From the NCBI GenBank assembly GCA_963737655.1, contig CAVTTN010000002.1, positions 4,800,001 through 4,864,000 of the forward strand: a DNA stretch of 64,000 nucleotides. Reading direction: 5' to 3'. A program made the position numbers and the translations under genes. This document shows, piece after piece, positions 1 to 9,697 of the stretch. Numbering within the stretch: position 1 is the first letter of the stretch; the number at the start of each line of letters is the position of its first letter. Origin of the DNA: an uncultured Planctomycetota bacterium (GTDB taxonomy: Bacteria > Planctomycetota > Planctomycetia > Isosphaerales > Isosphaeraceae). The notes under the pieces were generated by a model. The model saw only the letters and a program-made list of their open reading frames with translations. It was not told the DNA's origin and did not search any database.

Positions 1-609
1 ACGCCGACCTCCACGGCCCTCGGCGACCTGAACATCTTCGCCAAGTACATCCTCAAGCAGAACAAGCAGACCGGCAACCTGCTCTCGGCCGGCTTCTCGA
101 TCACCCCGCCGACCGGCTCCAGCACCTTCGGCGGCTCGAAGTACATCCGGCCGCTGCACACGACCGAGCTCCAGCCGTTCCTCGGATACATCTTCAACTT
201 CGGCAAGTTCTACATCCAGGGCTTCTCCGAGCTCGACGTCCCGGTGAACTACCGAGACGTCACGCTGATCTACAACGACGTGGGCTTCGGCTATCGGCTC
301 TACATGAACGAGGACCGCAACGCCTTCATCACGATGGTCGCCCCCACGTTCGAGGTCCACTCCAACAACCCGCTGAACCACCGGAACCCCTACAACAAGA
401 ACGACCCGGCCGCCTCCACCGACGTCCTGAACCTGACCTACGGCATGAACGTGCAGTTCTACGGGACGTCCAACCTGGCCGTCGGCTTCGTCACCCCGAC
501 GACCGGGACCAAGCCGTTCGATTACGAGGTGATCGCCCTGTTCAACGTCTACTTCGGCCGCTCCCGAGCCTTCCGGCCCGCCACCCCCCCGCCGTTCTAC
601 GGCGGTTGA
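1..609 (+). CDS. Partial (5'-truncated) hypothetical protein, possibly an outer-membrane beta-barrel/transporter-like protein
   Basis: Frame 1 is open from base 1 (TPTSTALGDLNIFAKYILKQ...) to TGA at 607-609. GC3-biased codons; alternating aromatic/hydrophobic strand pattern. Confidence 0.6.
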   Translation, partial: TPTSTALGDLNIFAKYILKQNKQTGNLLSAGFSITPPTGSSTFGGSKYIRPLHTTELQPFLGYIFNFGKFYIQGFSELDVPVNYRDVTLIYNDVGFGYRLYMNEDRNAFITMVAPTFEVHSNNPLNHRNPYNKNDPAASTDVLNLTYGMNVQFYGTSNLAVGFVTPTTGTKPFDYEVIALFNVYFGRSRAFRPATPPPFYGG

Positions 610-732
610 GGCCACGCCCTCCCCTCGCCATCGGATCGCTCCTTCGTCGGGCCGGCCTCGGCCTGCCGCCGTGGCGGATCGGCAGGCCGAGGCCGGCCCG
701 ACGAGGAACCGGCGAGCGATCCGACCGGGATT

Positions 733-1921
733 CTAGGTCACGACCGAACCCACTCCCGAGAACGTCCGCCAGGTGCCGTCGCGCAGCACCTCCCCGATCG
801 CCTCCACGGCGGCCTCCGGCTCGTCGTCTCGGGTGTAGAAATGCGGGGAGAGCCGGATTCCGACCCCGGGGCGATAGTCGCACAGGATCTGGCGGGCCTT
901 CAGCGCCTTCGAGACCTCGTATCCGTGGGGGACGTCCAGCGCCACCGTCCCCCCGCGTTTTGCCGAGTCGCGGGGCGTTTTCGACGGGAACCCCCGGGCG
1001 TCGGCCAGCTCCAGGAGCCCGCCCGTCTGGCGGATCGACTTCGCCCGGATCGCCCCGACGCCGATCTCCCCGACGATCTCCAGGCCCGGCCTCGCCGCGT
1101 ACAGGGCCGGGACGTTCGGCGTCCCGTGGAGGAACCGCCACGAGTCGGCTCGACGGTCCATCGCGGGCTCGAACCCGAACGGCCGGAGGTGGGCCATCCA
1201 GCCCGTCAATCTCGGCGAGAGCCCGGGGATCAACTCGGGCCGGACCCGCAAGAACGCCGCGCCCGGCCCCCCGCAGAGCCACTTCAGGCATCCGCCGATG
1301 TAGACATCGATCCCCTCCGCCTCGACGTCCACCGGGATCGAGCCGACGGCCTGATAGCCGTCGATGATCGAGACCGCGCCGTGCGCCGGGCCCCTCGGCG
1401 ATCGCGGCCACGTCCTCGACGAACGAGCTCCGGAACGCCACGTGAGAGACGTTCACCAGCGCCGTCCGATCGTCGATCGCCTCGACGACCCGTCCGGCGT
1501 CGATCGTCGAGCCGTCGTCCGACGGGACGACCACGACCCGCGCGCCTCGCGCCTTCTGGGCCTCGATCAGGTACAGAATCGACGGGAAATGCAGGGAATC
1601 GGTCACGATCGTGTCGCGGCCCGGTCGGAAATCGAACGCGCTGAAGATCACCTCGTGGGCGATCGTCACGTTCGGCTGGAAGACGACCTCGCCGGCCTTC
1701 GCGCCGATCAGAGGCGCCACCCGATCGCCGAGGTCGCCGACCATCGTCCACCAGGTCTCCTCCCAGGCCCGGACCCCGCGATCGGCCCAGGTCCGGGCGT
1801 AGTCGATCAACGCGAGCTCGGCCCCTCGGGGCATGGCGCCGAGCGAGTTGGAGATCAAATAATTCGTCGATCCGAGGATCGGGAAGCGGTCGCGGTAGGA
1901 GAGCAGAGGGTCGGCCGTCAT
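733..1921 (-). CDS. kynU: Kynureninase-like PLP-dependent class V enzyme; one frameshift near 1395
   Basis: N-terminal part YLISNSLGAMP...WEETWW; C-terminal part in another frame (DGYQAVG...GGCLKWLCGGPG with the PLP lysine, IRLSPHFYT). Start overlaps the kynB stop. Confidence 0.85.
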
Positions 1922-2556
1922 CGCGTCGGGACCTCCCGGTCAATCGTCCGCAAGATGGCCCGGACGGGGCTGGCGTCGAACCCGACGAGCCGCAACGGCA
2001 GGGCGATCAGCTCGTAATGGCCGTCGGGCACCTCGGAGAGCACGAGCCCTTCGAGGATCGCCATGTCCAGGCCTAAAAAGGCGTGATGCGCGTCCAGACT
2101 CTTCGAGGAGAACGGATCGACGCTCGGCGTGTCGATGCCGATCAGGACGACCCCCTGGGCGTGGAGCCTCTCGACCAGCGCCGGGTCGATCGCGGCGAAG
2201 TCCTCGCGGAAGGTGTGGGGGTCGGGAGCCGTGCCGGTGCGGATCAGGACGCGGGGCGAGCGGATCGGCGCCGCCAGATCCTCGAACCGGACCAGGCCCG
2301 CCGGCCCTTCGGCGGCCCCGACGACCTGGCACGGGCCGAGGTAGAGTCCCAGATCGCGCGATTCGATCGTCGGCGCCCCCGGGCCGTAATGGCTCGGCGC
2401 GTCGGCATGGGCGCCGAGGTGGACGGTGGCCCTCAAGGTCGAGAGCGTGATCGGATCGCCCCGATCCAGGTCGAGCAGGACCTCCCGGGTCGGCGGCGAA
2501 TCCCCCGGCCAGACGGCCAGGCGAGGCGAGATCGGCGGCGAGATGTCGTAAATCAT
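1918..2556 (-). CDS. kynB: Kynurenine formamidase (cyclase family)
   Basis: MIYDISPPI...VWPGD, HLGAHADAPSH metal motif, GIDTPSVD, ILEGL, DASPVRA; adjacent to kynU. Confidence 0.9.
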   Translation of the reverse strand: MIYDISPPISPRLAVWPGDSPPTREVLLDLDRGDPITLSTLRATVHLGAHADAPSHYGPGAPTIESRDLGLYLGPCQVVGAAEGPAGLVRFEDLAAPIRSPRVLIRTGTAPDPHTFREDFAAIDPALVERLHAQGVVLIGIDTPSVDPFSSKSLDAHHAFLGLDMAILEGLVLSEVPDGHYELIALPLRLVGFDASPVRAILRTIDREVPTR

Positions 2557-2692
2557 GGTCCGGTCCAGCTTAGGCCGACGACGGCCCGACGGCCAGCGGC
2601 CGGCGACCGCGAAAAACTGACCCCTGATGACGTCGCAGTCCGGTGGCGTCATAATGCGGCGAGCCGGCCCGAGAGAATCCCCGGAGGGGTCC

Positions 2693-3949
2693 ATGAGCGT
2701 CACCGCGCATCTGTCACCGATCGCCGAGGCGGTCGTCCACTCCAACGCGGGTCGGAAACCGAAGCGTTTGAGGCGGAAATTCCGCCTGATGAGCCGCGAT
2801 GCGTTCGCGTTCTTCCGGGGGGCCGACTCGCTGTTCGCCCAGGCCTGGGCGGACCTGGCCCCGAGCGACCCCGGGCCGGCGATCCTGCTCTCGGGCGACC
2901 TTCACCTCGAGAATTTCGGCGCCTACCGCGCGGATTCGGGCGACTATCGGTTCGACGTGAACGATTTCGACGAGGCGGCCGTCGGCCCGGCGTCGCTGGA
3001 CCTGGTCCGCTGCACCACGAGCATCTTCCTCGCGACCGAGCAATGGCGGATGTCTCCCACCCGGGCGGCCGGGATGGCCCTGGCGTTCCTGGATGCGTAC
3101 CGGGCGACGATCGCCGGCGAGGCCAAGGACGGGCGGATCGGCCAGATCGCCCCCAGGAGTGGCCACGGCCCGATCTGGGAACTCCTGGCCGAGACGGCCG
3201 CCGGCTCCCAGCAAGGGCTCCTCGAAGGCCAGACCCGCCAGAAGTCCTCGGGCAAGCGGATGATCCGCCGGACCGACCGCCATCCCGGCGTGGGCAAGGT
3301 CCGGGCCCGCGAGGTCGCCGAGGCCATCGAGGGGCTCGGCCGCTCGATGGGCGACTCCGAGCCGTTCGAGGTCCTGGACGTGACCGGGCGGGTCGCCGGC
3401 CTGGGGAGCCTGGGCCTCCGGCGGTATCTCGTCCTGGTCCGGGGCCGGGAGGACTCGGGCGGGGAGCGGCTGTTCGACGTCAAGGAGGTCGTGCCCTCGG
3501 CCCTGACCGGGGCCCCCGGGGTGACCGATCCGGGCTTGCCCGGGGGCGAGTCGGGCCGGGTCGTCGGCGCCCAGGCGAAGCTCCAGGCCGAGCCGACCGC
3601 CGGGCTCGCCCCGCTCGCCATCGGCGACCGGCCGTTCCGCGTCCGCGAGATGATCCCGGAAGAGAACCGCGCGAGCCTGGAGAGGCTCCACCGCGACCCC
3701 GAGAAGCTCGCGCTGGCCGTGGCGGTCGCCGGCAAGGTCGCCGCGTGGTCCCAGCTCCGAGGGGCGGATTTCGGCCCGGAAGACAACCGCTCCGCCGCCC
3801 TGGTGGCCTGGGCCTCCGGCCCCACCCTCGACGCGATCCTCGCCGCCTCGGCCCGATGCGCCGACCGCACCCGCAAGGAGTTCCTCCAGTTCAGCGCCGA
3901 CTACCGGGCCGGGCTGATCAAGCCGCCGGTCAAGCCCGAGGCGGAGTGA
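2693..3949 (+). CDS. DUF2252 family protein
   Basis: FAFFRGA, GDLHLENFG, FDVNDFDEA and GLGSLG motifs; GGAGG RBS before ATG 2693. Confidence 0.85.
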   Translation: MSVTAHLSPIAEAVVHSNAGRKPKRLRRKFRLMSRDAFAFFRGADSLFAQAWADLAPSDPGPAILLSGDLHLENFGAYRADSGDYRFDVNDFDEAAVGPASLDLVRCTTSIFLATEQWRMSPTRAAGMALAFLDAYRATIAGEAKDGRIGQIAPRSGHGPIWELLAETAAGSQQGLLEGQTRQKSSGKRMIRRTDRHPGVGKVRAREVAEAIEGLGRSMGDSEPFEVLDVTGRVAGLGSLGLRRYLVLVRGREDSGGERLFDVKEVVPSALTGAPGVTDPGLPGGESGRVVGAQAKLQAEPTAGLAPLAIGDRPFRVREMIPEENRASLERLHRDPEKLALAVAVAGKVAAWSQLRGADFGPEDNRSAALVAWASGPTLDAILAASARCADRTRKEFLQFSADYRAGLIKPPVKPEAE

Positions 3950-3972
3950 CCCGATCGAGCGAGGATCGCCCC

Positions 3973-4971
3973 ATGATGAACGACCCGACGGGCGCGGCCC
4001 TGATCGTGGTGGCCGTCGGCGCCGCCCTGTTCCTGCTCGTCCGGATCGCCCGGACGGGCGTGCCCGGCCTGTCCCCGAGCCGGTGGGTGAAGGTTGGGTA
4101 TCCGCCGTCGAGGATCGTCCCGGAACCGCTCGGGCCGGCGGGCCCGGAGGACCTCGACCTGTCCCACGGGAAGATTGACGCCCTCCGCCAGAGTGGATTC
4201 GCCGACATCGGGATGTTCGGCCACGCGGGTCAGCCGGGGCGGCCGCTCTGGGCAGGCATCCACCGGACCGAGGGTATCACCGCCGTCCTCTCGGTGATCG
4301 GCCAGCCCGGCGAATGCCTGGAGCTGAGCTCGCACTACCAGGACGGCACGAGCTTCGCCACCGCAGTCGGCCCGCTTCTCGGCTGGAACGACCCGGCCGA
4401 GGGCTGGAGCATCGAATCGCTCCAGGAACTCGACACCGCCGAGGCCGTCCGCCGCCACCTCGAAAATCGGCCCCGGAAGCCGCTCGACCCCGACCTTCCC
4501 AGCACGTTCGCCGAGCGATACGCGGCGAGGTACGCGAGGATCATGGACTGGCGGAACGCCCGAGGGGGCTTCACCGAGGAGGAGATCCGCCGCCTCCAGG
4601 CCCTGACCGGGGCCTCCACCGACGAGGCCGACATCTCCCGGATCGTCGGGGCGATCCGCCTCCGGGCGCGGGTCGCCCTCGACGCGACCCTGAAAGAGCG
4701 GTTCCTCGAACGAGCCGCCGGCCTCGGTCGCGACTTCTCCCCTCAGAGCCATCGGCTGGTGATCGTCCACGACGGCTGGACGCGGTACGATATCGACGGG
4801 GCCATCGCCCGGTTCTCCCGAGGAATCCTCAAGGGAGCCGACGTCGTCGGCCCCGACGTGCCCGCTCGGGTCGCCATGGAGGTCCTGAATCATCGGCTGA
4901 AGAGCGATGCCCTGGAGCTGGTCGGGCGGATCGAGGCGCCGGTGGAAGCGGATGTGTATCTGAGGCCGTGA
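3973..4971 (+). CDS. Hypothetical protein with N-terminal membrane anchor
   Basis: 3' part of ORF 2083..4971; GAGG RBS before ATG 3973; hydrophobic N-terminus. Confidence 0.7.
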   Translation: MMNDPTGAALIVVAVGAALFLLVRIARTGVPGLSPSRWVKVGYPPSRIVPEPLGPAGPEDLDLSHGKIDALRQSGFADIGMFGHAGQPGRPLWAGIHRTEGITAVLSVIGQPGECLELSSHYQDGTSFATAVGPLLGWNDPAEGWSIESLQELDTAEAVRRHLENRPRKPLDPDLPSTFAERYAARYARIMDWRNARGGFTEEEIRRLQALTGASTDEADISRIVGAIRLRARVALDATLKERFLERAAGLGRDFSPQSHRLVIVHDGWTRYDIDGAIARFSRGILKGADVVGPDVPARVAMEVLNHRLKSDALELVGRIEAPVEADVYLRP

Positions 4972-5019
4972 CGGGTTGACACCATTCGCTGCCGAGGATC
5001 GAACCGGAGGCGTGACGCG

Positions 5020-7080
5020 ATGGGGACGTTCGTGGGGATCGACCTCGGGACGACGAATTCGGTCGTCGCCCACCGCAACGCCTTCGGCCGGCCGGAGGTC
5101 ATCGCCAATCGCGAGGGGCAGAACGTCACGCCGTCGGTCGTGTACTTCGGCACCGAGCCGCCGGTCGTGGGGCAGGAGGCGAAGGAATATGCCCGGCTCG
5201 GCGACGACCAGATCGCCAGCTTCTTCAAGCCCCACATGGGCTCGGCGCTCTTCCGGCTGAGGTTCCACGACCGCGATTACGACGCCACGGACCTCTCCGC
5301 GCTGGTCCTCGGCCGCCTGAAGGAAGACGCCGAGGCGAAGCTGGGCGAGTCGGTCGATCGCGCCGTGATCACCGTGCCCGCCTACTTCGCCGACGCCCAG
5401 CGCAAGGCCACCATCGAGGCCGGCCGCCGCGCCGGGCTCGACGTCTTGCGGATCATCAACGAGCCGACCGCCGCGGCCCTGGCCTACGGCCTCCAGAAGA
5501 CCGGGCCGGGCGAGACCGTGCTGATCTACGACCTCGGCGGGGGGACGTTCGACGTGACCGTGGCGAGGATCACGCCCGAGGAGGTCGCGGTGCTCTCCAC
5601 GGCCGGGGACCACGACCTCGGCGGCAAGAACTGGGATGACCGGATCGCCACGTTCCTCGCCGAGAAATTCGCCTCCGAGACCGGCATCGATCCGCTCGAC
5701 GACCCGATGATGTTGAATGAGGTGCTCGTCCGGAGCGAGCAGGCAAAATGGACGCTTTCCGAGCGTTCGGCCGCCCGCGTGACCCTCCAGATCGGCACCG
5801 AACGACGCTCTTACGAGATCACCCGGTCCGAATTCGAGGGGATGACGTTCCCCCTGATGGACCGCACCCGGAGATTGACCGAGGAGGCGTTGGGCGAGGC
5901 GAAACTGTCGTGGGACCGGCTCGCGGGCGTCCTGCTCGTGGGCGGATCGACGCGGATGCCGATGGTCCGCCAGTACGTCTCGCAGATGTCCGGCCAGCCG
6001 CCCCGGGCCGGGGTGAACGTGGATGAAGTCGTCGCCCTCGGCGCGGCGATCCAGGCGGCGATGGACGTCGGCCAGTCGTCCGATTCGGCCACGCCGAAAT
6101 TCACGCTCGTCGGCGCCCGCCGCGTGAGCGACGTGATGGCCCACAGCCTGGGCGCCGTCGCCGTGAATCCCGAAGGCACCGCCTATGTCAACGACATCAT
6201 CATCCGAAGAAATGTCCCGATCCCCGCCGAGAACATGACGTCCTATCTGCACGAGACCCACGCCGGCAAGAACGAGACGCTGGAGGTTTATTTGACCCAG
6301 GGGGAGAGCGCCCATCCGTTGGATTGCTCGGTCCTGGGCAAATACGTCTTCTCGGGCATCCAGGCGACCGACCGGGAGGTCACGGTGGACGTGGGCCTCT
6401 CCTACGATGCCAACGGCGTGGTGCAGGTCCGGGCCGTCCAGAGGGACACGAAGCACCCGCTCCTCATGAGGGTCGAGCCGGTGCCGGACGACCTCTCCTG
6501 GCTCGGCCGCCCGCCGGTGGCGCCGACGTTCGAGGCCCCGGCCGAGCCGGTCCGCGTGTTCCTCCTGATCGACTGCTCGGCGAGCATGGCGGGCCATCCG
6601 TTGATGGAAGCCCAGAAGGCCGCGCGGGCGTTCCTGGACAAGTGCGACTTCACCTCGACGGAGGTCGGGCTGATCTCGTTCTCCGACGAGGTCAGCCTCC
6701 AGGCCGAGGCCACGGACAACGTGCGGAAGGTCCAGGCCGCGCTCGCCCGGCTCGAGGCCGACGGCACCACGAACCTCTCCGACGCCCTGGAGATGGCCCG
6801 CTCTCACCTGAGTCTCGACGACCGCCGCCGCTACGTGGTGATCCTGACCGACGGCTACCCCGACTCGACCGACGCGGCCATCGACCAGGCCGACCGGGCC
6901 AAGGGTTCGGGCATCGAGATCGTGGCCATCGGCACCGGAGACGCCGACCGCGAGTACCTCCGCCGCCTGGCCAGCACGGAGGAGGGCTCGATCTTCGCGA
7001 GGCAGGGCGAGCTCGTCCAGGCGTTCGGCCACATCGCCCGGGTGATCGCCTCGGGAGGGCGAGGCTTGCGGAAGATCTAG
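5020..7080 (+). CDS. Hsp70/DnaK-family protein fused to a C-terminal vWA domain
   Basis: [45 protein letters not shown]-terminal DCSAS...T...LTDG MIDAS motif. Confidence 0.92.
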   Translation: MGTFVGIDLGTTNSVVAHRNAFGRPEVIANREGQNVTPSVVYFGTEPPVVGQEAKEYARLGDDQIASFFKPHMGSALFRLRFHDRDYDATDLSALVLGRLKEDAEAKLGESVDRAVITVPAYFADAQRKATIEAGRRAGLDVLRIINEPTAAALAYGLQKTGPGETVLIYDLGGGTFDVTVARITPEEVAVLSTAGDHDLGGKNWDDRIATFLAEKFASETGIDPLDDPMMLNEVLVRSEQAKWTLSERSAARVTLQIGTERRSYEITRSEFEGMTFPLMDRTRRLTEEALGEAKLSWDRLAGVLLVGGSTRMPMVRQYVSQMSGQPPRAGVNVDEVVALGAAIQAAMDVGQSSDSATPKFTLVGARRVSDVMAHSLGAVAVNPEGTAYVNDIIIRRNVPIPAENMTSYLHETHAGKNETLEVYLTQGESAHPLDCSVLGKYVFSGIQATDREVTVDVGLSYDANGVVQVRAVQRDTKHPLLMRVEPVPDDLSWLGRPPVAPTFEAPAEPVRVFLLIDCSASMAGHPLMEAQKAARAFLDKCDFTSTEVGLISFSDEVSLQAEATDNVRKVQAALARLEADGTTNLSDALEMARSHLSLDDRRRYVVILTDGYPDSTDAAIDQADRAKGSGIEIVAIGTGDADREYLRRLASTEEGSIFARQGELVQAFGHIARVIASGGRGLRKI

Positions 7081-7100
7081 AGGCATGTCAGGCTGATACC

Positions 7101-7218
7101 CCGGGTGGCATGCCCACGTCCGCCTGGGCATGTCTTCGGAGCGGCTCGGCTCGATGGGCTTGAATCCCTTGGGATCGAATGGAAGACATGCCCACGCGGA
7201 CGTGGGCCTGCCACCCGG
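7101..7218. repeat. REP-like inverted doublet, family A (GGGTGGCATGCCCACG...GGGCATGTCTTC)
   Basis: Arms 7101-7137 and 7182-7218 are near reverse complements; related copies at 15697, 21207, 36997 and 54341. Confidence 0.85.
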
Positions 7219-7235
7219 GAGCGGGGAGAATCCAC

Positions 7236-8111
7236 GTGGCGGCCGGTTCAATCTTCGAGACTCTGGGCCGGACGTCTCGGATCGCCTACGACCAGGCCAT
7301 CGCCGGGGCCGTCGGCGCGGTGTTCGGGCTCGATCTCTATGCCGAGACGGTCCACTCCAGCGACCTGAATACCCGGGACGCGCTGGCCGGGGCGTTCATC
7401 GGCGGGTCGATCGGGTTCGTGCTGAACGCGGCGGGGGCGTTCCGCGATCGGGCGTGGCTCCGGCTGTCGAGGACGGCCACCTGGGGCGCCGTCGCCGGCG
7501 CCGTGGGAGGCGCGGCCGGGCTCCTGATCGGCGAACGGGTGCTCGGCGGGTTCCAGGGGGGCGTGATCGGCCGGGCCGTGTCGTGGTCGATCCTGGGCCT
7601 GGGGATCGGGCTGAGCCAGGGCCTGGCGTATCGGTCGATGCAGAGGCTCCGGTTCGGCCTGATCGGCGGCGGGATCGGCGGGTTCGTCGGCGGATTCCTG
7701 TTCGAGATGCTTCGGGACCGCCTGGGGAACCGGTATGATCTGAGCCAGGGCCTCGGCATGGTGATCCTCGGCGCGGGGCTGGGGCTCTGCCTGGCGCTGG
7801 TCGAACAGGTGCTCGGACGGGTCTGGGTCACGGTCCTGAACGGCCGTCAAGAAGGCCGATCGTACCTGCTCGCCTCGCGGGTCTCGGCGCTCGGGCTGGA
7901 CGAGAGGGCGGAGGTCGGCCTCTTCGGCGACCCGAACATCGCCCGCCGCCACGCCGAGATCGAGCGGAGCGGACCCGGATTCGTCCTCCACAACCGAGAC
8001 GACAAGGGCCGGACCAAGATCAACGGCCAGCCCGTCACCAAGCCGAGAGACCTGAGCGACGGCGACCGGATCGAGCTGGGCCAGACACTCTTGATGTTCC
8101 GAAAACGCTGA
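7236..8111 (+). CDS. Gly-rich multi-pass membrane protein with C-terminal FHA-like domain
   Basis: Several Gly-rich hydrophobic helices, then IARRHAEI...TKING...LSDGDRIELG; GTG start after GGAG. Confidence 0.8.
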   Translation: MAAGSIFETLGRTSRIAYDQAIAGAVGAVFGLDLYAETVHSSDLNTRDALAGAFIGGSIGFVLNAAGAFRDRAWLRLSRTATWGAVAGAVGGAAGLLIGERVLGGFQGGVIGRAVSWSILGLGIGLSQGLAYRSMQRLRFGLIGGGIGGFVGGFLFEMLRDRLGNRYDLSQGLGMVILGAGLGLCLALVEQVLGRVWVTVLNGRQEGRSYLLASRVSALGLDERAEVGLFGDPNIARRHAEIERSGPGFVLHNRDDKGRTKINGQPVTKPRDLSDGDRIELGQTLLMFRKR

Positions 8112-8117
8112 AAACTC

Positions 8118-8177
8118 GCAGGGCAGGCCCTGGCCTGCCGGGTCAGGTCCGGGACGGCAGGCCAAGGCCTGCCCTAC
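8118..8177. repeat. GTAG-type REP-like inverted pair
   Basis: gcagggcaggccctggcctgcc ... ggcaggccaaggcctgccctac. Confidence 0.7.
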
Positions 8178-8249
8178 GAATCCACTCTGACAAACCGTGA
8201 CCCCGTGGTTCGTCGATCCGAGAAAACTGCCCGAGGGACCAGGATTGCG

Positions 8250-9697
8250 ATGAGTGCCAAGGGAGCCGACTCCTGGTCTTTGGAGGTCGTCCGGGGAAAG
8301 GACCTGGGGAAGCGGTTCGCGCTGACGGCCCCCTCGCTCGTCCTCGGCAACGCGCCGGGCCGGGATCGGCGCTCGACCTGGCCGATCAGGAAGGCAACGC
8401 ACCCCGGCGAATGGCCCCGAAGCAGGCCCAGATCGACCGATCCGGGGCCACCCTGACCCTCCGCGACCTGGACAGCCCCGGCGGGACGTTCGTGAACCGC
8501 CAGCGACTGCTCGCCGGACAGGCCCGCGCGCTGGCCGAGGGAGACGTCCTCCAGCTCGGCGGGGTCCAGTTGAAACTGGTCCGCGAAGGCGCGAACAACG
8601 GCGCCCCTTCTCCTGCCCCTGCCCCTGCCCCGGTTCCGGCCCCAGCGCCGGCCCCGGTCCATGCGGCACCGACGTCCTCGGGCTTCCCGTTCACGCTCCG
8701 GCCTTCGGGCGCGACGTGCCGGACCTGGGACGATTTCCTCGTGGTGTCGGCGCAGAGGTGGGGCGAGCTCCGGGACGAGCTGGAATCCGGCCGATTGGCG
8801 GCGTTCGTCCGGGGGGTCGGCCGATCCGATCTCGCCCCCGAACCCGCCGGCCCGGCCGACGAGCGGCTCGACGCCTGGCTCGCGAAGCTGCCGACCACCA
8901 AACCGGCGCGGGCGGAGCTCGACGTCCACCCGCGAACCCTCGTCTTCCGGGCCGGGGCGGGCGGCGGGACGACCCGGAAGAAGGTGCAAATCGCCAACGC
9001 CGGCCATCGTTTGCTGAGGACCACGGCCCGCGTCGAGCCTCCGTCGGCGACGTGGTTGAAGGTCGATGCGGCGGGGCCGATCGTCACCGTCGAATCGACC
9101 GACCTGGCCATTGATGTGAGCGTCCCCGAAGGCCTCGCGAAGAGGCTCTCCGCCTCGATCGTCCTGGACAGCAACGGCGGGTCCGCGACGGTCGCCGTGA
9201 CGGTCGAACCGATCGGCGCGAAGGACGCGATCCCGAGCGTGTCGTCCCCTTCGGCGGCCCTGCCGTCGCTCGGCCTCCGCGAGCGGATCGCGACGCAGCC
9301 GGCCGGGACGAGGCTGGTGGGCTGGACGGCGGTCGCGGCGCTCGGTCGGCTGGCGATCGCGGGGGCGGCGGCGATCCCGTCCCAGGTCGGCCTGCCGACG
9401 TCCGGCTCGCCGCCCGATTTGATCGGCCCGGCGGCCTTGCTCGCGATCGTCGGGGCCTTCGCGGGGATGACGTTTGCCGCGAGGCGGAAGGAACTCCGAG
9501 AAATGCCCTTCGCCGGGTTCGCCGGGGGGGTCGGCGGCGTGATGATGGCCTCGGTCGTCGTCGCCATCTGCCGGACGGCCGAGAGGGGCCACGGGCTCCT
9601 CGTCGCCGTGGCGATCTGGGCGGCGATCGGCGCGGCGATGGCCGGGCTCTCGATCCTCCTCGTGCCCGAGGCGAAGCCGAAAGGGGGCGGATCATGA
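8250..9697 (+). CDS. FHA-like domain, PA-rich linker, beta-rich region and C-terminal transmembrane helices; frameshift near 8360
   Basis: MSAKGADSWSLEVVRGKDLGKRF continues in another frame as ...DLDSPGGTFVN...LAEGDVLQLG; PAPAPA linker; hydrophobic C-terminus. Confidence 0.75.
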
